This document shows, one piece after another, positions 10,426-19,980 of a DNA stretch of 64,000 nt. The notes beneath the pieces were generated by a model. The model saw nothing but the letters and a program-made list of their open reading frames with translations. It was not told the origin of the DNA and did no database searches. Position numbers and translations under genes: made by a program. The first letter of the stretch is position 1. Every line of letters begins with the position of its first letter. Source of the DNA: Acholeplasmataceae bacterium (GTDB lineage: Bacteria; Bacillota_I; Bacilli_A; ML615J-28; CAG-698); contig DUOT01000109.1 of assembly GCA_012838705.1 (NCBI GenBank), positions 8,578-72,577 of the forward strand. The letters are read 5' to 3'.

Positions 10426-10722
10426 ATAATTTTGCGGAGATTCTTCTTCAAAATATCCACCGTCTGGGGTTTCGTGAATTCGTAAATAGTTTTCAAGTCG
10501 TGACACTCTTCTAGCAAGATTATTGAGTCGTCTTCTATTTTCGAGGATTTCTTGGATTAAACGATCGGATTGTAGTTGTGGATACATTCCTGCTTGCTGT
10601 CCAAAAGGACCTTGAAATTGCTGTGGACCTACACTAGGAAAAGGTTGCGGACCTCCTCCAGGAAAAGCTTGTGGGCCAACCCCAGGAAAAGGTTGATTAA
10701 ATCTTCTTTCCTTTTTAAACAT
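10417..10722 (-). CDS. Pro/Gly/Gln-repeat protein with a C-terminal coiled-coil-like tail
   Basis: Start set at MFKKERRF, which is preceded by RBS AAAGGAAGG. Repeats PFPGVGPQ / FPGGGPQ / FPSVGPQ, then DRLIQEILENRRRLNNLARRVSRLENYLRI. Confidence 0.4.
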   Translation of the reverse strand: MFKKERRFNQPFPGVGPQAFPGGGPQPFPSVGPQQFQGPFGQQAGMYPQLQSDRLIQEILENRRRLNNLARRVSRLENYLRIHETPDGGYFEEESPQNYSF

Positions 10723-10780
10723 ACTATTCCTTCCTTTCATTTTATAATATGAAGAAAAAATAAATTGGTGATGGTGGTTT

Positions 10781-11497
10781 ATGAGATTAGACAATTATCT
10801 TTCTAAGGCAATAAATGTTACGAGAAAAAAAGCACGTGAGTTAATAAAATCCGGAAAAGTTTCAGTTGAAGGGCATATTGTTTTAAAGCCTGATTATCAT
10901 ATTGATGAAAATGATGATAAAGTCTATTTTGAAAATAAACTTCTATCATATCGGAAATTTAAATATATTATGATAAATAAACCACAAGGAGTAGTTAGTG
11001 CTGTTACAGATCGAAAATATAAAACAATTGTTGATTTAGTAGGTGATGATACTTTATTTCCTGTTGGCAGACTTGATATTGATACTGAAGGCTTAATAAT
11101 TCTTACGAATAACGGAAGGCTATCTCATTTTCTTACTAGTCCAAAAAGTAACATTTGGAAAGGTTATTATTTTGAAGTAGCTAGTCCATTAACAGAAGAG
11201 AATGCTAATGCGCTTAAAAAAGGTGTTGAAATTCTAGATGGGAAAAACAAACCATTTATAACTAAACCTGCTAAGTTAAAATTAATTAGTGAAAATAAAG
11301 GGATTGTGGAGATTGTTGAAGGGAAGTTTCATCAAGTCAAAAGAATGTTTGAGAAAATAGGAAATAAAGTGATTTATTTAAAAAGAATTCATTTTGGTGG
11401 TTTATTCTTAGATGATAGTTTAAACTTAGGAGATTTTCGAGAATTAACAGATGACGAAGTAGAATATTTAAAAAAAATATGTAATTTTAAGGAGTAG
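10781..11497 (+). CDS. 16S rRNA pseudouridine synthase, RsuA/RluB family
   Basis: S4 domain (MRLDNYLSK...ARELIKSGKVSVEG) and the catalytic VGRLDIDTEGLIILTN motif. Confidence 0.85.
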   Translation: MRLDNYLSKAINVTRKKARELIKSGKVSVEGHIVLKPDYHIDENDDKVYFENKLLSYRKFKYIMINKPQGVVSAVTDRKYKTIVDLVGDDTLFPVGRLDIDTEGLIILTNNGRLSHFLTSPKSNIWKGYYFEVASPLTEENANALKKGVEILDGKNKPFITKPAKLKLISENKGIVEIVEGKFHQVKRMFEKIGNKVIYLKRIHFGGLFLDDSLNLGDFRELTDDEVEYLKKICNFKE

Positions 11498-11499
11498 AA

Positions 11500-11955
11500 A
11501 TGGCGATAGTATATATGATGATTGGGATACCGGGGTCAGGAAAATCAACTTATGCTTTATCCTTGAGTAAAGAAAAAGATATTCCAATTATATCTTCTGA
11601 TAAAGTAAGGGATATGCATCCTGATTGGGATGAAATTAAGATCTTTCCTGAAGTATATAGATTATGCGGAAAGTATTTAAAAGAAGAAAAAGATATTATT
11701 TTCGATGCAACAAATATTACTCCTAATGTTAGAGCAAGATTTGTAGAGAATGTAAAGAAATATGTAAGTGATTTTAAGATGCATGCAATAGTAATGATTG
11801 CAGATGTAAATACATGTGTTAGGCGTGTAAAGAAAAGAAATGAGGATAAAAATGAAAGATTTTTACCTCCGCATGTTGTTTATGTTTATAATGAAAAATT
11901 AATAATGCCTGATGAAAGTGAAGGGTTTATTGATATCAAAATCATAAATAATTGA
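11500..11955 (+). CDS. P-loop kinase, AAA_33/PNK-like
   Basis: Walker A GIPGSGKST and DATN (FDATNITP). Its start is coupled to the rsuA-like stop. Confidence 0.6.
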   Translation: MAIVYMMIGIPGSGKSTYALSLSKEKDIPIISSDKVRDMHPDWDEIKIFPEVYRLCGKYLKEEKDIIFDATNITPNVRARFVENVKKYVSDFKMHAIVMIADVNTCVRRVKKRNEDKNERFLPPHVVYVYNEKLIMPDESEGFIDIKIINN

Positions 11956-12002
11956 TTCACATATTTGCCCATATAGTAATAAATTATAATAGGAGGGATA
12001 AT

Positions 12003-12371
12003 ATGGAATCAAGAATGGACCGTTTTAGAGAATTTGCAAATAGACACCCCCTATTAAAAGATGAAGTTCGTAGTGGAAAAAGGACTTGGCAAAATATTTA
12101 CGAAGAATGGGTTTTATATGGAGAAAATGATTCCCAATGGAAACAATATGAAGTAAGTACAAATACGCAACCATCAAACGATCAAACTATGGACAGTATA
12201 AGGAATATCATTGGTTATATTCAGAAAATTAATCCCGATTCAATTACAAAAACATTAAATACAGTTCAAAAGGTTGTGCAAATAGTGCAAACATTAGGTG
12301 GCTCTTCAAGACGACCTATGCTACCAACCAATCAAATGATGCCAAGCATGTATAATGATTGGTGGGATTAA
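12003..12371 (+). CDS. ylbD: YlbD-like putative spore coat protein
   Basis: HPLLKDEVRSGKRTWQNIYEEWVLYGENDSQWKQY is collinear with B. subtilis YlbD. Start at MESRMDRF after RBS AGGAGGG. Confidence 0.45.
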   Translation: MESRMDRFREFANRHPLLKDEVRSGKRTWQNIYEEWVLYGENDSQWKQYEVSTNTQPSNDQTMDSIRNIIGYIQKINPDSITKTLNTVQKVVQIVQTLGGSSRRPMLPTNQMMPSMYNDWWD

Positions 12372-12597
12372 TTTGCGTGATGATATTTTGATAAAAATTT
12401 ATCAAAATCCTGAATATTTAGAATATCTTCGCTATCACCCGAAATGGTATCAATATTTAGATCAAAATCCTGAGAACTTTTCAATCTTCGAGCAAGTAGT
12501 GAAGAAGGAATTAAAAAGAACTTCATATGATAAAATTGAAAGATTAAAAAAACATGTCAACTTTGCTAATGCATTAATAAAATATCTCTCAAAATGA
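12355..12597 (+). CDS. ylbE: YlbE-like small protein
   Basis: 80 aa following ylbD as in Bacillus. Contains the YHPKWYQYL...NPENFSIFE pattern. Confidence 0.4.
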   Translation: MIGGINLRDDILIKIYQNPEYLEYLRYHPKWYQYLDQNPENFSIFEQVVKKELKRTSYDKIERLKKHVNFANALIKYLSK

Positions 12598-12599
12598 TT

Positions 12600-12633
12600 C
12601 TGTCAAGCAAAAAACCTTGACAGACATTTTTTT
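12600..12633 (+). terminator. Terminator after ylbE; its 3' arm overlaps the rpsP -35
   Basis: CTGTCAAG-caaaaaac-CTTGACAG followed by aca and a T7 run. Confidence 0.45.
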
Positions 12634-12645
12634 ATGTGGTATAAT
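12617..12645 (+). promoter_or_regulatory. Sigma-A promoter for the rpsP operon
   Basis: TTGACA, 17 bp spacer, extended -10 TGgTATAAT. Confidence 0.55.
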
Positions 12646-12673
12646 GTGTAAGTAAAAAAAGGAGGTTTAGAAA

Positions 12674-12937
12674 ATGGTTAAACTTAGATTACAAAGATTC
12701 GGCTCACATAAACGTCCATTTTATCGTTTAGTTGCAACAGAATCTAGAAATCCTCGTGATGGTCGCTTCATTGAAATTGTTGGAACTTATCAGCCTCTAG
12801 CGAAAGAAGAGCAAATTAAAGTCGATGAAGAAAAAGCTTTAAAATGGTTACGAAATGGTGCTCAACCTACTGAGACTGTAAAATCTATTTTTAAAAAGCT
12901 TGGCATCAACGAAAAATTTGCTAAAAGCAAAAAGTAG
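12674..12937 (+). CDS. rpsP: 30S ribosomal protein S16
   Basis: [34 protein letters not shown]. Confidence 0.95.
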   Translation: MVKLRLQRFGSHKRPFYRLVATESRNPRDGRFIEIVGTYQPLAKEEQIKVDEEKALKWLRNGAQPTETVKSIFKKLGINEKFAKSKK

Positions 12938-12945
12938 GTGATTAA

Positions 12946-13197
12946 GTGGTTGATATTGATTATGAAAAATTCTTAAGTGATTTAATCAAACCTTTGGTTG
13001 TATATCCTGAGGAAGTAAAGGTAAAAATATTCTCTGAAGAGGATGATAATATCGTTATCCAAGTTATGGTTAGTAAGCACGACTTAGGAAGAGTTATTGG
13101 TAGAAGAGGCCGCGTTGCTAATGCGATAAGAACACTTGCTTTTGCTTGTGCTGCTAAGAATGGAAAAAAATTAGAAATATCTATTGATTCATTTTAA
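12946..13197 (+). CDS. ylqC: KH-domain RNA-binding protein (YlqC/UPF0109)
   Basis: GTG start. GRVIGRRGRVANAIRTL KH motif. Sits after rpsP as in Bacillus. Confidence 0.8.
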   Translation: MVDIDYEKFLSDLIKPLVVYPEEVKVKIFSEEDDNIVIQVMVSKHDLGRVIGRRGRVANAIRTLAFACAAKNGKKLEISIDSF

Positions 13198-13293
13198 AAA
13201 TCGATTTATATCGGTTTTTTTCTATTTTTAGGTCGTTTGACATCTATCCATTTTTACGGTATAATTAAGAGAATAATATTGTGGGGTAGAGAC

Positions 13294-15657
13294 ATGAAGA
13301 AAGAGATTATACTCCAAAATGCGAGTAATGAAGAAGTAAAAAATATAGTAAATATAGTAAAAGAAAATCGTAAAAACTTACTTATTACAAATAATAATAA
13401 TGGGATAATTATAAAGTATTATGATAACGACAGTCATGATGATGATAATAAATATATTAAAGATATAATTAAGAAACATTATCCTCATATTTCAATTGAA
13501 AAAGAGATTCTATTACCAACTATTAGGAGAGTACTATATTTGGATGGACTTGACTGTCCTAACTGTGCAGCTAAGGTTGAAAGAATTTCTAAAAGAACTT
13601 TAGATCATGAAAATATTGTTGTCGATTTCGCAACCACTCGATTTATTATTGAAACGACAGATAAAGACTTAATTGATAATTTAGTAAGTACTGTTCAAAA
13701 AATTACATCTAAAGTTGATGCACAAATTAAAGTTAAAACAAAAGCTGAGTATTTTGCTGAGAAGGAAAAGGATACAATTCCTAAAAGTGAAAAACTATTT
13801 TTCATTTTTGGTGTTTCATTATTTATTATTGGAGTAATTGTTAGATATTCACTCCTTGAATTTGGAATTAAAATTCCTTCATGGGGAGTAATAATAATGT
13901 ATACAATTGCTTATGCCCTTTTAGGAAAAGATATAATATATAGTGCAATTAAAAATATTATTTCCGGACGAATTTTTGATGAAAAGTTTTTAATGACAAT
14001 TGCAACATTAGGTGCTTTAGGTATTGGGTATTATGAAGAAGCAGTTTCGGTAATGATATTTTATAAAATTGGAGAGATGTTTCAAGAACATGCTGTTAAT
14101 AAATCACGTCATTCAATTGCATCTCTTTTAGATATTAAACCTGAATTTGCAAATTTGATTGTTGAGGGAGAATTAAAAGAAGTTGATCCAATCGAAGTTG
14201 TTTCTGGTGATATTATTTTAATTAGACCTGGTGAACGTGTTCCCCTCGATGGTGTAATTATTGAAGGGGAGGCAGCTTTAGATGTTTCTGCTTTAACTGG
14301 TGAAGCAAAGTATTTGGATGTAGGAAGCGGCGATAACGTTATTTCAGGGTCAATCAATATTAACGGAACATTAAAAGTAAAAGTATTAAAACCATATCAA
14401 GAATCAATGGTTGCGAAGATTTTAGATATGGTGGAAAATGCAAGTAGTTTAAAATCGAAATCAGAAAACTATATTTCAAAATTTGCAAGATATTATACTC
14501 CTGCAATTTGTCTATTTGCAATTTTTGTTGCTTTACTTCCGTTTTTTACTAAAACAAATCCAGTATGGAATGATTTTCAAGAATCGATTTATGCAGCAAT
14601 GATATTTTTGGTTGCTTCTTGCCCTTGTGCTTTAGTTATTTCAATTCCACTAGGATTCTTCGGGGGGATTGGAGGAGCGAGCAGACACGGGATTTTAGTT
14701 AAAGGAAGTAACTACTTAGAAGCTTTATCAAATGTAGATACGGTTATATTTGATAAGACAGGAACACTTACAAAAGGGACTTTTAAAGTTGAAAAGATTA
14801 ATCCGATTTCATGTACTAAAGAAGAACTTTTAATGTATGCTGCATATGCTGAGGTTACATCAAACCATCCGATAGCAAAATCAATTGTAAATTTATATGG
14901 AAGTCAAAATATTGATATTTCAAGAGTGAAAAGTCACCCAGAGCAACCGAAATCAGGAAATAGGATATTTTTAGATTGTTGGGATATAATTGCTGCAAAT
15001 GATTATTATTTACAGAAACTGAAAATTAAGTATAAAAAATTCACAACTGAAGGTGTTGTTGTTCATATTGTAAAGGATATGGAATATCAAGGCTATATCG
15101 TCATGAAAGATGAAGTTCGCCCAGAAGCAAAAGAAGCAATTAGTGAATTAAAAGAAATGAAGATAAATACATTAATGTTTACTGGTGATAAAGAACTTGA
15201 AGCAAGAGGTATAGCTAAGGAAGTAGGCATTAATCATGTTTACTATAATATGAATCCAATAGATAAAGTTGAAAAACTTCAACAATTAAAATCAACAAAG
15301 AAACAAGAAGGTTTAAAACAAGCATTTATTGGTGATGGAATAAATGATGCACCAGTATTAAGTAGTGCTGATATAGGTATTGCAATGGGTGGTTTAGGAA
15401 GCGATGCTGCTATTAAAGTTGCAGATGTAATCTTAATGAATGATGACTTAACAAAGCTTCCAATGGCAATCAAAATATCTAAAAAGACAAAACGTATTGT
15501 CCTTCAAAATATTGTTTTTGCTTTAGTTGTTAAGCTTATAGTATTGAGTTTAGCACCACTTGGATTATCAAAAATGTGGGAAGCTATCTTTGCTGATGTA
15601 GGTGTTTCATTAATTGCAATACTTAATTCATTACGAGCTGCAAAAATAAAAAGGTGA
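13294..15657 (+). CDS. P1B-type heavy-metal (Cd/Zn/Co-type) translocating ATPase
   Basis: HMA motif GLDCPNCAAKVE, transmembrane CPC (ASCPCALVIS), DKTGTLT and GDGINDAP. The frame is open from 13237; ATG 13294 (MKKEIIL) is preferred. Confidence 0.85.
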   Translation: MKKEIILQNASNEEVKNIVNIVKENRKNLLITNNNNGIIIKYYDNDSHDDDNKYIKDIIKKHYPHISIEKEILLPTIRRVLYLDGLDCPNCAAKVERISKRTLDHENIVVDFATTRFIIETTDKDLIDNLVSTVQKITSKVDAQIKVKTKAEYFAEKEKDTIPKSEKLFFIFGVSLFIIGVIVRYSLLEFGIKIPSWGVIIMYTIAYALLGKDIIYSAIKNIISGRIFDEKFLMTIATLGALGIGYYEEAVSVMIFYKIGEMFQEHAVNKSRHSIASLLDIKPEFANLIVEGELKEVDPIEVVSGDIILIRPGERVPLDGVIIEGEAALDVSALTGEAKYLDVGSGDNVISGSININGTLKVKVLKPYQESMVAKILDMVENASSLKSKSENYISKFARYYTPAICLFAIFVALLPFFTKTNPVWNDFQESIYAAMIFLVASCPCALVISIPLGFFGGIGGASRHGILVKGSNYLEALSNVDTVIFDKTGTLTKGTFKVEKINPISCTKEELLMYAAYAEVTSNHPIAKSIVNLYGSQNIDISRVKSHPEQPKSGNRIFLDCWDIIAANDYYLQKLKIKYKKFTTEGVVVHIVKDMEYQGYIVMKDEVRPEAKEAISELKEMKINTLMFTGDKELEARGIAKEVGINHVYYNMNPIDKVEKLQQLKSTKKQEGLKQAFIGDGINDAPVLSSADIGIAMGGLGSDAAIKVADVILMNDDLTKLPMAIKISKKTKRIVLQNIVFALVVKLIVLSLAPLGLSKMWEAIFADVGVSLIAILNSLRAAKIKR

Positions 15658-15662
15658 AATAA

Positions 15663-16142
15663 ATGTATTTAGTTGGAAAGATTGTAAGTACTCATGGAAT
15701 TAAAGGTGAAGTTAAGGTAAGAGCTGATACTAGTTTTGATCGTTTTATACCTGGCAACACTTTATATATAAAAAAAGATGGTGATTATAAGGAAATTGTA
15801 ATAAATTCTCATCGTCATCATAAAAATTATGATTTAATAACTTTTAATAATATTAAAAATATTAATGACGTTTTAGAATATGTAGGCTCAGAAATATATG
15901 TAACCCATGATTATAAAGATCTTCAAGATAATGAATATTATTATGAAGATTTAATATCAAAAAAAGTTTATGATACTGATAATAATTATTTAGGTGTTGT
16001 AAAGGATATTAGGGAAGTACCTCAAGGAATTATTCTTGAAGTAAAAAATGAGAAAACTTTCCTTGTTCCATTTGTATCTGAATTTATTAAAGATATAGAA
16101 GATGATAAAATCATTATTAATGTTATTGAAGGGTTAATATGA
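15663..16142 (+). CDS. rimM: 16S rRNA processing protein RimM
   Basis: MYLVGKIVSTHGIKGEVKV with a PRC barrel. Position before trmD. Confidence 0.9.
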   Translation: MYLVGKIVSTHGIKGEVKVRADTSFDRFIPGNTLYIKKDGDYKEIVINSHRHHKNYDLITFNNIKNINDVLEYVGSEIYVTHDYKDLQDNEYYYEDLISKKVYDTDNNYLGVVKDIREVPQGIILEVKNEKTFLVPFVSEFIKDIEDDKIIINVIEGLI

Positions 16143-16858
16143 GAATTGATATTTTGACACTTTTTCCAGAAATGTTTGATGGAGTATTAAATCAATCGAT
16201 AATAAAAAGAGCTAGGGAAAAGGGACATGTAGAAATAAATGTAATTAATTTCCGCACCTTTGCAGATAACAAACATCAAAAAGTTGATGATACTCCTTAT
16301 GGTGGTGGTGCTGGAATGGTACTAACGATTCAGCCATTAGTATCTTGTCTTGAAAGTATTCCCAACTTTAAATCTGCAACAAAAATTCTAACAACACCAT
16401 CTGGTCATACTTATAATCAAAATAAAGCAAAGTCTTTAAGTGAGAAAAAACATCTTATTATTATATGTGGTCATTATGAAGGAATTGATGAAAGGATATT
16501 AAATTATATTGATGAAGAAATATCAATTGGGGATTATGTATTAACTGGTGGTGAAATTGCTGCTCTAGCAATAATCGATAGTGTAATACGTTTAATTCCT
16601 AATGTGATAAATAAAGAGTCAATAACCGAAGAAAGTTTTTCCGATAATCTTCTTGAATATCCTCAATATACAAAACCGTATGAATATAAAGGATTAAAAG
16701 TACCAGATGTGTTAATATCGGGTAATCATGAAGAAATAAGAAAGTTTAGACGTTTTGAAGCACTTAAAAAAACTTATTTTAGAAGACCAGATTTACTAGA
16801 AAAAGCAAAGTTAAATAATGAAGATATAAATTTTCTAAACAAAATAAAAAATGAATAA
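16139..16858 (+). CDS. trmD: tRNA (guanine37-N1)-methyltransferase
   Basis: MRIDILTLFPEMF...DDTPYGGGAGMVL...GHYEGIDER. Confidence 0.95.
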   Translation: MRIDILTLFPEMFDGVLNQSIIKRAREKGHVEINVINFRTFADNKHQKVDDTPYGGGAGMVLTIQPLVSCLESIPNFKSATKILTTPSGHTYNQNKAKSLSEKKHLIIICGHYEGIDERILNYIDEEISIGDYVLTGGEIAALAIIDSVIRLIPNVINKESITEESFSDNLLEYPQYTKPYEYKGLKVPDVLISGNHEEIRKFRRFEALKKTYFRRPDLLEKAKLNNEDINFLNKIKNE

Positions 16859-16865
16859 AAATTAT

Positions 16866-16975
16866 TGAAAATAATTAAATGTTGTGGTATAATAAGCAAG
16901 GTTAATACCAAATCACGATGTTCCGCTACTATTGTCATGATAGGTATGAACATTGGCAGAAGGAGCGTGAATTTA
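16866..16975 (+). promoter_or_regulatory. rplS promoter plus a 5' leader of about 80 nt (candidate L19 autoregulatory leader)
   Basis: TTGAAA, 16 bp spacer, TGgTATAAT. A structured leader follows, ending in RBS AGAAGGAG. The ORF-track protein [10 protein letters not shown].. across this region is non-coding. Confidence 0.4.
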
Positions 16976-17326
16976 ATGAGTCAAGAATTAATTAGAGCTG
17001 TGACTGAAGAATATCTACGTAAAGATATTCCTGAATTTCGTCCTGGAGATACTGTTCGTGTACATGTAAAGATTCGAGAAGGAAATCGCGAACGTATTCA
17101 AGTATTCGAAGGACTTGTTATTAAAAGACGTGGAGGCGGAATAAGCGAAACATTTACAGTTCGTAAAATTTCTTATGGCATTGGTGTTGAAAGAACTTTC
17201 CCAGTTCATACACCAAATATTGCTCAAATTGAAGTAGTTCGTCTTGGTAAAGTACGTCGTGCAAAACTTAATTATATTCGTCACTTATCAGCAAAAGCTG
17301 CACGAATTAAAGAAAGAAGAAAGTAA
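16976..17326 (+). CDS. rplS: 50S ribosomal protein L19
   Basis: [46 protein letters not shown]. Confidence 0.95.
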   Translation: MSQELIRAVTEEYLRKDIPEFRPGDTVRVHVKIREGNRERIQVFEGLVIKRRGGGISETFTVRKISYGIGVERTFPVHTPNIAQIEVVRLGKVRRAKLNYIRHLSAKAARIKERRK

Positions 17327-17330
17327 AAGA

Positions 17331-17352
17331 AAGCAGAATTTTCTGCTTTTTT
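17331..17352 (+). terminator. Intrinsic terminator after rplS
   Basis: AAGCAGAA/TTCTGCTT hairpin followed by T6. Confidence 0.6.
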
Positions 17353-17410
17353 CATTTACACCTGTTTCCTAATTATGCCCTCAGGCATATTATAAAGCGA
17401 GGTGTAAATT

Positions 17411-18685
17411 GTGGGCAAATATCATTTAATCGGAATTAAAGGCACGGGAATGTCAGCTCTAGCTGTTAGTTTAAAACAGTTAGGACATGAAGTTTCCGGT
17501 AGTGATGTCGAAGAACACTTTTTCACAACCCCCATTCTAAATGAAAATAATATATTAGTAACTTCTTTTGATGAAAAAAATATTACCGCAAATAAAACAT
17601 ATATAATTAGCACGGCTTTTGATAATAAAAATATTGAAGTTAAGAAAGTATTTTTAAAAAATTATAAATATTATTATTATCACGAATTTTTAGAAAAGTT
17701 TTATAAAGGTATTAAAATTGGTGTTAGTGGAGTTCATGGAAAAACCACAACAGCAATGTTAATAGCTTCTTTATTTGCTGATCAAAATATAAGTGCTGTT
17801 ATTGGTGATGGTACTGGAATTGGAAATAAAAATTATAAATATTTTATATTTGAAGCATGTGAATATAAAAATCATTTCCATATATTTAATTATGATTATT
17901 TAGTTATTAATAATATTGATTATGATCATCCTGATTTTTTTAATAGTTTAGAGGATGTAAAAAGGTCTTTTCAAATTGCGAGTGATAAAACTAAAGTATT
18001 AGTAATTAATGGCGATGATGAAAATGCAAAAGATATAAAAAATAATAATAAATATACATTCGGAATGAATGAAGCAAATTTTACTTCGTGTAAAATAAAG
18101 AAACAAGTTGAAACAGGATATTTTTTAGATATTATAATTGATAATAAACCTTATAAGTTTTATCTACCTTTCCTAGGAAAACATATGATTTATAATTTTC
18201 TTGCAAGTATTACTATTTATTATTTAACTGGTGGAAAGATGGATAATTTACAAGATAAAATATTGAAACTTAAATTACCAAAACGAAGAATGGAAGAACT
18301 CTTTTATTATGATAATATTATTATCGATGATTATGCACATCATCCAACAGAAATAAAAGCATGTATTAATGCTGTTAAGGAAAAGTATCCAAATAAAAAA
18401 ATTGTAGTATTATTTGAACCCCATACATACACTAGAACATTAGCACTAGAAGAAGATTTCAAAAATAGTTTTCAAGGTGCAGACGAAGTATATATTGCTA
18501 AGACATTTACATCGAAAAGAGAAAAGCATAATCCCTCATTAGAAAAGAAAGTTCGTGAGATTTTTGGGAATGCGAAAAGATTTCATTTAGGACTTTTATC
18601 AAGTTTAAAAAAATATCAAGGCAGCGTAATTATATTTATGGGGGCAGGAAATATTAGAAAATACATTTCAAAATTAATATCTTAA
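17411..18685 (+). CDS. murC: UDP-N-acetylmuramate--L-alanine ligase
   Basis: GTG start. KYHLIGIKGTGMSALA, and GVHGKTTT (GxxGKT P-loop). Confidence 0.9.
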   Translation: MGKYHLIGIKGTGMSALAVSLKQLGHEVSGSDVEEHFFTTPILNENNILVTSFDEKNITANKTYIISTAFDNKNIEVKKVFLKNYKYYYYHEFLEKFYKGIKIGVSGVHGKTTTAMLIASLFADQNISAVIGDGTGIGNKNYKYFIFEACEYKNHFHIFNYDYLVINNIDYDHPDFFNSLEDVKRSFQIASDKTKVLVINGDDENAKDIKNNNKYTFGMNEANFTSCKIKKQVETGYFLDIIIDNKPYKFYLPFLGKHMIYNFLASITIYYLTGGKMDNLQDKILKLKLPKRRMEELFYYDNIIIDDYAHHPTEIKACINAVKEKYPNKKIVVLFEPHTYTRTLALEEDFKNSFQGADEVYIAKTFTSKREKHNPSLEKKVREIFGNAKRFHLGLLSSLKKYQGSVIIFMGAGNIRKYISKLIS

Positions 18686-18780
18686 TAGAAACTAAAATTT
18701 ATATCAATAATTGTAGATAAAATATCTTGAAAACTCTTTCATTTTGTGATATAATATTATTACCAACGAGGTGGTAAAAG

Positions 18781-19764
18781 ATGAATCAACCAAAAATTTA
18801 TGATATTGCTGGTGCAGCAGGTGTTAGCCTTGCAACAGTATCAAGGGTTTTAAATCATCCGGAAAAAGTAAAGAAATCAACTCGTGAAAAAGTTTTACGA
18901 ATTATAAAAGAAAAAGGTTATAAACCTAATGCCAATGCTAGAGGATTAGCTAGTCGTAGATCAACTACAGTCGCGATTGTAGTTCCGACTGTTTTACGAG
19001 CATCGATTTCAGAAATGATTCAAGGAATTGTTGATAGTGCTAAAAATTTTGGCTATTCAATAAGACTTTTTGTTAATGATGAGGATGAGGATCAAGTTGA
19101 AACTTGGAGAGAAGTAATAGCTTCAAGCGTTGATGGAATTCTTTTCATGAGTGATGAAATGGATGATGAGACTTACGAGCTAATTGAAAATACTCCAGTG
19201 CCAGTTATTTTTGTTAATGCTATTTCAAAAAATTCTAATTATGGTAGTGTGAGTATTGACAATGAAGGCTGTGCATATAGAATTACTAAAGAAATGATTG
19301 ACCGCGGTAATAAAAATATATTATTCATTGGTACTGAACATAATTATGCTATTAATAACTTAAAAGAAATTGGTTATCGCAAAGCTATGGAAGAGGCAGG
19401 ACTTATTCCTAATACTATTAAATCTTCTGGTGATATAAGTAAAAATGAAGTTCAGTTTAATGAATACTTAGATAATAATCGACCTGAAGTTGTGCTTTCT
19501 GCTCGTGATTCAATTGCGATTTCATTTATGAATGTTGCAACCAAACGAGGAATTAAAGTACCAGACGAGATGCAAGTTATCGGTTTTCAAAACACAAGAT
19601 ATGCTGAACTATCAAATCCAAAACTAACTTGTGTTGAGACTCCTATTTATGAAATCGGTAATAAAGCAATGGCAAACCTGACACAGCTAATGAAAAATGA
19701 AGATGTAGAACCTGAAAATACATTTATTGATTATCAAGTTATATGGCGTGAATCAACTAAATAA
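18781..19764 (+). CDS. ccpA: LacI-family regulator, likely catabolite control protein A
   Basis: HTH IYDIAGAAGVSLATVSRVLN. Collinear with CcpA (RGLASRRSTTVAIVVP...). Lies next to tyrS, as ccpA does in B. subtilis. Confidence 0.5.
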   Translation: MNQPKIYDIAGAAGVSLATVSRVLNHPEKVKKSTREKVLRIIKEKGYKPNANARGLASRRSTTVAIVVPTVLRASISEMIQGIVDSAKNFGYSIRLFVNDEDEDQVETWREVIASSVDGILFMSDEMDDETYELIENTPVPVIFVNAISKNSNYGSVSIDNEGCAYRITKEMIDRGNKNILFIGTEHNYAINNLKEIGYRKAMEEAGLIPNTIKSSGDISKNEVQFNEYLDNNRPEVVLSARDSIAISFMNVATKRGIKVPDEMQVIGFQNTRYAELSNPKLTCVETPIYEIGNKAMANLTQLMKNEDVEPENTFIDYQVIWRESTK

Positions 19765-19789
19765 AAACGATGATTAAACCGAAGTATAA

Positions 19790-19955
19790 ATCTAATATGT
19801 AAAGTATAGAGAGATAGTGGTTGGTGAAAACTATCACATATGGATTTAGAATTACAGTTTAGGAGTTTTGTTATTATTAAAGTGCACATTTTATAAATGT
19901 GAACTAAGGTGGTACCGCTGGAAAAATTCTAGTCCTTAGATTTAAGGACTTTTTA
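19790..19955 (+). promoter_or_regulatory. T-box riboswitch leader of tyrS
   Basis: AGAGA / AGTGG stem-I elements; candidate Tyr specifier UACA near 19853; T-box AAGGTGGTACCGC (19906-19918); terminator AGTCCTTA..AAGGACT followed by TTTT. Confidence 0.8.
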
Positions 19956-19980
19956 TATTTAAAAGAAAGGACTGAAAAAT

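Noticed and set aside
14109-15473. Minus-strand ORFs of 82 and 64 aa
   Set aside because: Antisense within the P1B ATPase gene.
16865-16975. N-terminal extension of the rplS ORF ([13 protein letters not shown]...)
   Set aside because: It covers the rplS promoter and leader. The true L19 start is ATG 16976 with RBS AGAAGGAG.
17015-17613. Minus-strand ORFs of 89 and 63 aa
   Set aside because: Antisense within rplS and murC.
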